Shown piece by piece: positions 56,983 through 64,000 of a stretch of 64,000 nucleotides of DNA. The notes below the pieces were generated by a model that had not been told where the DNA came from, did not search any database, and saw only the letters and a program-made list of their open reading frames with translations. Within the stretch, counting starts at the first letter, position 1, and each line of letters starts with the position of its first letter. The position numbers and the translations under genes were made by a program. The DNA comes from an uncultured Erysipelotrichaceae bacterium (lineage in GTDB: Bacteria > Bacillota_I > Bacilli_A > RF39 > UBA660), in assembly GCA_902767245.1 (NCBI GenBank), contig CACXGO010000029.1, positions 31,598 to 95,597 on the forward strand, read 5' to 3'.

Positions 56983-57918
56983 TTACGCTTTTTTCTTGAT
57001 TTTACTATTTATAATCAAATAAAATATAAACATAACAATTGCTATAATCATACTTCCAAGTCCATATTCAACCATCAATGTACTCATTTTCTTGGCAATA
57101 GGATCAATTATATCATTAAACTTTTCTGCATCTATTAAACTGGTTATAAGTTGAATTCCAAAAAGACCTAAAGCGGAAAACAAAATACCATTAAGAATCG
57201 TTGGAACACTGACCCAAATAAGCCATTTATATAAGCTTTTTCTTGATAACATTAAAAGAACAATTGCTAAAATAATAAATATGCTAATGGTAATTGGGTT
57301 AAAATTAATAATATCTTTTAAAATCTCACTTTCCTTAAGTTCTGGTATTTTTATTTCTTCTCTTACTTCATCAAATTTTTCTTTTACATCTTCATAATTA
57401 TCTTCAACAAACTCATCAATGTTTGCTTCAGTATATCTAGAAACTGCTTTTATTTTTTTCAATGATTTATAATTTTTTTTGACAAATGATTTTATTTCTT
57501 CTTTAGTTGGATATTTTATTTCAGAATCCTTAATTTGATTTAATATTGCTGATTCTAAATAGTTATTTACAATTGATTTGAATTCATCATCTTGAATAAT
57601 CTCTTCTGCTTCTTTTTCAGTAAATCCCGCATTTTCTAAATAATTCTTTATTTTTCCTTTAATTGAAGCATAATTAATTTTAATATCATCATTATAAGTG
57701 ATATTGTTACCAAAGGTTTGTTCAGAAGCAAATGTTATTATAGTTTCTCTATTTTGATTATTATAAGTCATTAATTTTTGAATTATGTCACTGATGTTAT
57801 CTTTAGTAACAAAACTATTTATTATTAAATTAAAGACTAGTATTATTTCTAAAATAAACATCAAAATTGATATTATTGTTGCTATTAGGATTCCAGCAAC
57901 ATTTAAAAACTTCTTCAA
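56983..57918 (-). CDS. Membrane protein, paralog A of a tandem three-gene family (unknown function)
   Basis: N-terminal TM, ~200 aa charged middle, C-terminal two-TM module RKSLYKWLIWVSVPTILNG... Confidence 0.4.
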   Translation of the reverse strand: MKKFLNVAGILIATIISILMFILEIILVFNLIINSFVTKDNISDIIQKLMTYNNQNRETIITFASEQTFGNNITYNDDIKINYASIKGKIKNYLENAGFTEKEAEEIIQDDEFKSIVNNYLESAILNQIKDSEIKYPTKEEIKSFVKKNYKSLKKIKAVSRYTEANIDEFVEDNYEDVKEKFDEVREEIKIPELKESEILKDIINFNPITISIFIILAIVLLMLSRKSLYKWLIWVSVPTILNGILFSALGLFGIQLITSLIDAEKFNDIIDPIAKKMSTLMVEYGLGSMIIAIVMFIFYLIINSKIKKKA

Positions 57919-58006
57919 ACTATATCACCTATTATAATAATTTTAATTCATTATAGTTTTTATAGTCAATTTAAGTTTACAAATTAGTTTACAAAAAAAA
58001 GCTTTT

Positions 58007-58927
58007 TTAAGCTTTTTCTGGTTCTTCTTTTGTTTCAATTATTTTTTTATTTTCTTTTGAATTTTTTGTTGCTTTATCTATAACAACATATATTATCAAT
58101 GCTAGAATTCCAAGAATAATCTCTAAGATTCCAAAAAGGCGCATATTTTTTAATATATCTTCAATTATTGGATTTAATACAAATTCATATTTATTAAAAT
58201 TAGCAAATATATTTATAATACCTTTACCTATAAAGCCACCAACTATTAAAATTGCTCCATTAATAATTGTTGGAATACTAATCCATTTAAGCCATCTATG
58301 AAAGCTCTTTCTTAAAGCAATTAGTAATACAACACATAAAATCAAACCACCAATAATAAGAATTGTTTTTGTTGACATTATTGTTTTAATTAAATCAATA
58401 TGCTCAATTTGATCAAATTTTATATCTTTAGCAAGTTCATTTAATTCATATTTAACATTTCCATAATTTTCATCAACTATTTTTTCAATTTCTGATTGCT
58501 TATAATCTTTAGGAAATTTACTTACATTTTGAAAATGCTTATAATTTCTATGAATAAAATTAACTAATTCAGATTTTTTTGGATAAATTACTTCTGTTCC
58601 TGTTACTCCATTCATAAACATTGAACCAAGATAATTTCCAATTATCTTTTTGAAACTTTTATCTTTGACAACAGAATCAACTTGAACTCGTGTAAGACCT
58701 ATATCATCTAAATAATGATAAATTCTAGTTCCCATCGCTGTTTCCTTACCATTTTCATCGCGGAAAAGTCTTTCAATATCAATTTCTTCCATAATTTCGG
58801 ACAAATTTTCAACTTCCATTGTTTTGTTAACTGGACGTTCAATACCTAGTAAAAATTCAAGCGCAAAAAATGCAATTATCACAATTACTGATAAAAATAT
58901 ACATAATGTATTAAGACCTTTTTTCAT
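58007..58927 (-). CDS. Membrane protein, paralog B of the tandem family
   Basis: Same architecture; RKSFHRWLKWISIPTIING... Confidence 0.4.
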   Translation of the reverse strand: MKKGLNTLCIFLSVIVIIAFFALEFLLGIERPVNKTMEVENLSEIMEEIDIERLFRDENGKETAMGTRIYHYLDDIGLTRVQVDSVVKDKSFKKIIGNYLGSMFMNGVTGTEVIYPKKSELVNFIHRNYKHFQNVSKFPKDYKQSEIEKIVDENYGNVKYELNELAKDIKFDQIEHIDLIKTIMSTKTILIIGGLILCVVLLIALRKSFHRWLKWISIPTIINGAILIVGGFIGKGIINIFANFNKYEFVLNPIIEDILKNMRLFGILEIILGILALIIYVVIDKATKNSKENKKIIETKEEPEKA

Positions 58928-58940
58928 ATTTTTACATCTC

Positions 58941-59843
58941 CTATCCCAAAGCCTCTTCTAATTTTTGATCTTCTTCTTTTTCTTTTTTCTTCTTTTTTTT
59001 CAATAATATCTTTATTATTGTATGAATTATAAAAGAAGACACACTAATAATCAAGAGTATTATACCATATTTAACCATACTTTTTGTAAAATATGCTACA
59101 AATGGTTCAACTAAAAATAGAAATTTCAACTTTTCAGCTATACTTTGCACTAAATTAGTTGCAAATGAACCAATTATTATAAACAAAAGTGATACTGGAA
59201 GTGTTACTACAGAAATCCACATCAACCATTTATATAAACTTGCTCTAAAAATAATTATCAAAATTATACAAATAGCAATGGCTGCTTCTAGTATATAAAC
59301 AGCACCTTTTCTAAATAAATTAGCAACCGTTTTTAAGTTTTCAAATCCTGATAAATCAATACTATCAGAAAAATTATTAACTAAATCATTTATAAATTCG
59401 TAATTTTTATGAACTATTTTATAAATATCTTCACGAGTCGTACTAAAGAAAAATATTTTTTTAACATATTCTAAATTGTTATAAATGAAATCAGTTATTT
59501 CATCTTCACTAGGCAGTTTAATCTCAAAACCATCGATTTTATTTAAAATTTTAGATCCAAGATTCTCACCCAAAATATTTTTAAATTGAACTTTATCTAA
59601 AAATGTATAAATCTTTTCTTTTGATAAACCAACTTTTGATAAATATGTATATATTTTTGGTTCACCATTTTCATCATTCATAATTTCATTAATTGGAATT
59701 TCAGATATTGTTTCTTTTAATGTATCATATGTAAAAAACTCACTTGTTGGAATTGCAATTCCAAGTCCTATAAGTAAAAAGAATAAAAATGTTACAACTG
59801 TGTAAGATACTGAAAGCCCAAATTTATCTAATACCTTTTTAAT
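58941..59843 (-). CDS. Membrane protein, paralog C of the tandem family; inferred ATT start 2 nt after the trpS stop
   Basis: Track ORF starts at MNDENGEP, but the frame is open upstream and encodes IKKVLDKFGLSVSYTVVTFLFFLLIGLGIAI, the counterpart of MKKFLN.../MKKGLN... plus the N-terminal TM helix of paralogs A/B. There is no in-frame ATG/GTG/TTG; ATT sits at the position of the paralogs' ATG. Confidence 0.4.
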   Translation of the reverse strand: MKKVLDKFGLSVSYTVVTFLFFLLIGLGIAIPTSEFFTYDTLKETISEIPINEIMNDENGEPKIYTYLSKVGLSKEKIYTFLDKVQFKNILGENLGSKILNKIDGFEIKLPSEDEITDFIYNNLEYVKKIFFFSTTREDIYKIVHKNYEFINDLVNNFSDSIDLSGFENLKTVANLFRKGAVYILEAAIAICIILIIIFRASLYKWLMWISVVTLPVSLLFIIIGSFATNLVQSIAEKLKFLFLVEPFVAYFTKSMVKYGIILLIISVSSFIIHTIIKILLKKKKKKEKEEDQKLEEALG

Positions 59844-59844
59844 A

Positions 59845-60825
59845 CTACCTCACTACCCCTACTTTTTCACGCATTGTCTGATATTTTTTATATGCTAATG
59901 CACTAGCTTTTTTAGCACCTTCATCTAATATTGAATCAAGCTCTTTACTATTAACTAATTTATTGTATTTTTCTTGAATATTGCCTATTACTTCAACAAC
60001 TAAATCAGCAACATAACTTTTAAATTCACCATAATTTTTACCTTTAAACATTGTTTCAACTTCATTAATACTTTTACCTGTAAGTGAAACTACAATATTG
60101 ATTAAATTACTTATACCTGGTTTCTTTTCTTCATCATAGATGATATTCATTTCTGAATCTGTTGTCGCAGACATTATCTTTTTACGAATAATTTTTATAT
60201 CATCAAATAAAGATATAACACCAGCTGGATTTTCATCAGACTTACTCATTTTTTTGGTTGGATCTTTTAAATCTTTTATTTTGGTTCCTGATTTAGTAAT
60301 AAGTGGTTCTGGAACTTTAAAAATTTCACCATATTTTTTATTAAAACGAATTGCAATATCACGAGCAAGTTCAACATGTTGTTTTTGATCAATACCAACT
60401 GGAACTAAATCTGTATCAGCATATAAAATATCTGCTGCCATCAATACCGGATATGTTAAAAGTCCAACTGAAAAATTAGCATTTTCTTTTGATTTTTCTT
60501 TGAATTGAATCATTCTGGAAGCTTCGCCATAATATGTTGAACACTCTAATATCCAAGAAATACTAGGTATATATTCTATATCAGATTGAATATAAATTGT
60601 ATTTTTTTTAGGATCAATTCCACAAGCTATATACATAGCAATAAATGCACGAATGCGCTTTTTTAATTCTATTGGATTTTGAGGCACAGTGAGAGCATGT
60701 AAATCAGCAACAAAAATATATGATTCATACTCGTCCTGCATCTTTGTCATTTGTTTGATTGCTCCAATATAATTACCTAAAGTTAGATCCCCTGTTGGTT
60801 TTAAACCAGTAAGTATTCTTTTCAT
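59845..60825 (-). CDS. trpS: Tryptophanyl-tRNA synthetase
   Basis: TGLKPTGDLTLGNYIG (HIGH-like) and KMSKSD motifs. Confidence 0.9.
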   Translation of the reverse strand: MKRILTGLKPTGDLTLGNYIGAIKQMTKMQDEYESYIFVADLHALTVPQNPIELKKRIRAFIAMYIACGIDPKKNTIYIQSDIEYIPSISWILECSTYYGEASRMIQFKEKSKENANFSVGLLTYPVLMAADILYADTDLVPVGIDQKQHVELARDIAIRFNKKYGEIFKVPEPLITKSGTKIKDLKDPTKKMSKSDENPAGVISLFDDIKIIRKKIMSATTDSEMNIIYDEEKKPGISNLINIVVSLTGKSINEVETMFKGKNYGEFKSYVADLVVEVIGNIQEKYNKLVNSKELDSILDEGAKKASALAYKKYQTMREKVGVVR

Positions 60826-60837
60826 AAATCCTCCTTA

Positions 60838-61060
60838 AATAAAAAACTTGAACTCCCAAAAAGAATCCAAGTTTAAGCCACCCATTGGTTTTATTTGATA
60901 ACGGTTTAATCCGTAACTTGCTACTTTATTTCGCAAATTCACTCCTTAGTCCATTCAAAATAAATATCTTACAGTTTTACATCAGCCAACTGCTTTCTAA
61001 AAAGAATTTTTAATTTTACTATTCTAAGTCATTGCTTTCAAGTTAATTTTAATATATTTG
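60838..61060 (-). promoter_or_regulatory. Probable T-box leader of trpS (divergent T-box sequence)
   Basis: Reverse strand AATGGGTGGCTTAAAC: GGGTGG core, and UGGC is complementary to the GCCA 3' end of the tRNA-Trp in this window (discriminator G). Followed by hairpin CTTGGATTC-tttttgg-GAGTTCAAG plus U-run and RBS AAGGAGG. Confidence 0.4.
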
Positions 61061-61074
61061 ATAATGTTTGTCAA

Positions 61075-61692
61075 TTATAAAGAATTGATACATTTTTTTA
61101 TTTGTTCATAAATGTCTTTAGATGTTTTAGCACTATAATGAAGTCCATCACCACTTGTAAAACCATTATTTTTTAAATAAGTTGAAGAATCACAATATGT
61201 AATATTTTCATAACTATTCAAAGAATTTTTCATTTTTTCATTAAAAGAGTCTATTTCCGAATTTAATCTATCATAAGAATCTTTAGTTGGATTAACTGAT
61301 AAAATAATAATATTTAAGTCTTTCCAAGAACCTGTTGCTAATTTTTTATACTCATTTATATAATTATTAATATTATATAAATCATTAACGCCTAAATTTA
61401 AAACAATATTTTCCTTTTGATTATGATTTAATTTATCAACTTCTTTAATAGCTGTATTTTTAAACCAACTTAACCCCATCGCCGATTTTGCTATACAAGT
61501 ACCTTTGTCATCTTTATACCATTTATTTGAACAAAGTCCAACCATTCTTGAATCACCAATAATAGTGATATTAGAAGTATTAGTTTCTGCTGTATACTTG
61601 TTTTTTAGAGACATTGAAACAAATAATATTGCTATAATTAAAACTAAAATTAGAATATTCATTTTATCTTTAAAAAATTTCATAAAAAACAC
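61075..61692 (-). CDS. Membrane-anchored SGNH/GDSL-family hydrolase
   Basis: N-terminal TM; GDS(R) block IIGDSRM, GVND block, DGLH block. Confidence 0.6.
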   Translation of the reverse strand: MFFMKFFKDKMNILILVLIIAILFVSMSLKNKYTAETNTSNITIIGDSRMVGLCSNKWYKDDKGTCIAKSAMGLSWFKNTAIKEVDKLNHNQKENIVLNLGVNDLYNINNYINEYKKLATGSWKDLNIIILSVNPTKDSYDRLNSEIDSFNEKMKNSLNSYENITYCDSSTYLKNNGFTSGDGLHYSAKTSKDIYEQIKKCINSL

Positions 61693-61713
61693 CTGTTAAC
61701 AATTATAACACAT

Positions 61714-63051
61714 TTATTTAAAAATGCCATCAGATTTTAAATATTCAATTAATGTAATTGCTTCATGAATAGTTGTAACATCTGGATTTATAACATTTAA
61801 TTTACAGCATTTATATGAATATGTATATTCATAACTATCAAGTCCATTAAGCAAATACTTCGTTGTATTCCAATTATACTTATATGCAATTTGATCTTTA
61901 ATCATCTTCAAAATTTTCTTTTCAGGGATATTGGTTTTAACAGCATCTTTTATTTCATCAATTATCTCAAAATAATCATCATTTTTTAATATTTTTTTGA
62001 TAGTTGCTTCGATTACTTTTTCCTGATTTTCACCAATTGCTCGATCTCCCCCAACTAAACCCTTTAACTCACTTGCAAATACAAGTGCTTCCTTCCCATT
62101 AAGTCTATTTAAACCTTTTTTAAATTCTATTCCCGAAGAAATAAAACTATATTCTGAATCGATTTCTATTCCATCAATCTTATCAATTAATTTTTCTAAC
62201 GCTTTTAAATCTATTTTTATATAGTAATCAATATTATTTTCTAATAATTTTTCAACTGTTTTAATTGCTTCATTCATTCCATACATACTTGCATGCGAGA
62301 TTCTATCTTTTTCACCTTTACGTGGCAATAAAACATAATAGTTGCTGGGAATAGAAATAAATAATATTTGCTTTGTTTTAGTGTTAACTCCCATTAAAAT
62401 GTTAATATCACTTTTACTAGTAAAATTAGAACTATCATAATTCTCATATGAATTAATATAAATTAAACTAGTATTATTGTAATTATTAGAAACTGGTATT
62501 ACCTCTTCTTTAAACTCCATTTTATAAATTATTCTATATTTATTTTCATCTAAAAGTGAATATTGACTTGCCAGGATAATTGCAGCATCAATTTTTTCTG
62601 TGTCTAAATCATTAAGCAAATCTTCATAAGAATCATAACAAATAGATTCAAATTTTATATCTAAGTTATTAAATCCTATTGTGTCTTTTGTATAGCCTAT
62701 TTTTTTATTTTTTAAATCATCCAACTTTTGATATTTATTTTTTAATCCAATAACTCTATAGTTATTAATAATATTATTGTTAGTAACAACATTAGAAACA
62801 AATGAAAAAACATCAGTTGTTTTAACTTCAAATCCCAAAAGAAATATTATTATAATTATGATACATGGATATGAAATATATAATAAAATGTCTTTTTTTA
62901 ATAAATATATAAAAATTAATTCAATAATACTTAAAGTTAATATTAGAATTATTAACTCTTTATAATCTAAAATATCTTTAAACAAAAATATCAAAAATAA
63001 AAATAAAATATTATACAAAATAAAAATAAAGGCATTAATAGATTTCTTCAT
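61714..63051 (-). CDS. LytR-CpsA-Psr (LCP) family protein with extended N-terminal membrane/extracellular region
   Basis: C-terminal half has LCP hallmarks (...GKEALVFASELKG..GGDRAIGENQ...); N-terminal three TM helices. Confidence 0.65.
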   Translation of the reverse strand: MKKSINAFIFILYNILFLFLIFLFKDILDYKELIILILTLSIIELIFIYLLKKDILLYISYPCIIIIIIFLLGFEVKTTDVFSFVSNVVTNNNIINNYRVIGLKNKYQKLDDLKNKKIGYTKDTIGFNNLDIKFESICYDSYEDLLNDLDTEKIDAAIILASQYSLLDENKYRIIYKMEFKEEVIPVSNNYNNTSLIYINSYENYDSSNFTSKSDINILMGVNTKTKQILFISIPSNYYVLLPRKGEKDRISHASMYGMNEAIKTVEKLLENNIDYYIKIDLKALEKLIDKIDGIEIDSEYSFISSGIEFKKGLNRLNGKEALVFASELKGLVGGDRAIGENQEKVIEATIKKILKNDDYFEIIDEIKDAVKTNIPEKKILKMIKDQIAYKYNWNTTKYLLNGLDSYEYTYSYKCCKLNVINPDVTTIHEAITLIEYLKSDGIFK

Positions 63052-63718
63052 AAAAATATCACCAAATATATATTAAAATATTTAGATTAAACTTTATGTC
63101 GAATAAAAGACACGAAAAAAAGAAAGCCACCATAATATTAAGAGCGTTTAATTTGTGCTTACATAATATCATTTACTTTCTTCTTGAGTGATAAGAACCG
63201 AATTTAATTTTTAGCACTTATTGAAAATATATTTGATATAAATGGACGAATTATTTTTATTTAATTATCATATTTCTATTTTTTACATTTTTTATGTAAT
63301 TTTTAAATATAACTAATTAAATTTAATAACTCAATTATAATATTAAGATTTTTAATATTATATATTTGGTTATAAGTATTTATATTAATTAAATTTAATT
63401 AATTTAATATAAATACCTATTAAATTTTATTAAACATAAGTAAATATAATCTATTTACTATATTAATATAACTATACTTAAGCATATATTAATATATAAA
63501 TAATTAGGGATTTAAATATTAAATAATAAAATTGTCAAATATATTTCGAGGCTAAATAAATTTTGGATATGTTTCATACTCCAAGACAAACTTGTCTTAC
63601 ATCACGAACATACCAATAACTGATGATGCGAAACCTTATAACTCTTTAGGTTGTGGTTTCAAGAGTACCAGTATCTTACCCTCGACTGCATTATAACATT
63701 TTTAGCATCAATTGTCAA

Positions 63719-64000
63719 TTATTCTTTAATAAGTCCAACTACCTTATTTACAACAATTTGATATTTATCAAATCGCTTTTCAACCCGACCATTAAGAATT
63801 AATATATCCCCTTTTGAAATACCTTCTATTTCATCATAAACTGTTGGAAATGCAACAATATCTACTTTAGAAGTCTCATCTACACCTGTTATAAATAACA
63901 TTTTATTATTATTTTTCGTTGATATTTCTTTAGTACGTTCTACATAAACAATTAAGTCAATATTTTTATCAAAATATTTTCCAATATCTTTAAGCTTAAA
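63719..64000 (-). CDS. 3' end of a gene continuing beyond the window (OB-fold-like C-terminus)
   Basis: Open frame to the window edge; C-terminal ...VDIVAFPTVYDEIEGISKGDILILNGRVEKRFDKYQIVVNKVVGLIKE. Not identified. Confidence 0.3.
   Translation of the reverse strand, partial: FKLKDIGKYFDKNIDLIVYVERTKEISTKNNNKMLFITGVDETSKVDIVAFPTVYDEIEGISKGDILILNGRVEKRFDKYQIVVNKVVGLIKE

Noticed and set aside
56965-56990. AAAAAAGC-tttac-GCTTTTTT hairpin after paralog A, considered as a terminator
   Set aside because: The stem is only A/T plus GC, ~4 bp, and overlaps the htpG -35 region. It more likely belongs to the htpG promoter context, and the CIRCE inverted repeat itself may act as the upstream terminator.
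1-64000. Alternative genetic code (TGA as Trp, as in Mollicutes), considered because of the very low GC
   Set aside because: Conserved proteins (gltX, parC, htpG, glyQS, pbp2B and others) are full length under the standard code and several end at TGA. The spoVA, sigF and yqfCD genes indicate a spore-forming Firmicute.
1-64000. Mobile elements, prophage remnants, CRISPR arrays
   Set aside because: No transposase, integrase, recombinase, phage structural gene or regularly spaced direct repeats were seen on either strand. The only repeat-rich DNA is the AT-simple 63052-63540 stretch, which lacks the spacer/repeat periodicity of CRISPR.

Overview
AT-rich (roughly 25-30% GC by eye) chromosomal segment of a spore-forming low-GC Firmicute. 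Standard genetic code: conserved proteins read through intact and stop at TAA, TAG and TGA. Strand bias is extreme: only prsA and a two-gene MurT/GatD-like pair lie on the plus strand, which suggests a replication-co-oriented core region. The backbone is housekeeping: a TtcA-like fragment, CDF transporter, tRNA-Glu, gltX with a T-box leader, GatB/YqeY, rpsU, an L,D-transpeptidase lipoprotein, rubrerythrin, rsmD, ylbD/ylbE, parC, MscS, mraZ-rsmH-ftsL-pbp2B, prsA, glyQS with a T-box, recO-yqzL-era-cdd-ybeY, lepB, rplS, trmD, rimM, ispH, rlmI, ftsW-mraY, tRNA-Trp, htpG behind a CIRCE operator, trpS with a T-box, and an LCP protein. Sporulation genes are interleaved: spoIIAA-like, a sigF-like sigma, spoVAC/VAD/VAEB, yqfC/yqfD, and two unannotated YjcZ-like peptides. 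Accessory or unusual content: (1) a class II two-peptide bacteriocin locus (C39-ABC exporter, small membrane protein, two AG-leader peptides; the second peptide is absent from the ORF track); (2) a plus-strand MurT/GatD-like pair in which both proteins have lost their catalytic motifs; (3) a spoIIA operon with no spoIIAB and a non-phosphorylatable SpoIIAA; (4) at least three genes whose conserved N-termini can only be reached from an in-frame ATT/ATA start; (5) a Fic protein with an overlapping upstream small ORF; (6) a five-gene block of uncharacterised proteins (kinase-like fold, S1 protease, unknown, membrane, HxxxD acyltransferase-like); (7) three tandem paralogous membrane proteins; (8) a ~670 bp extremely AT-rich intergenic region. 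No transposases, integrases or CRISPR arrays were seen.
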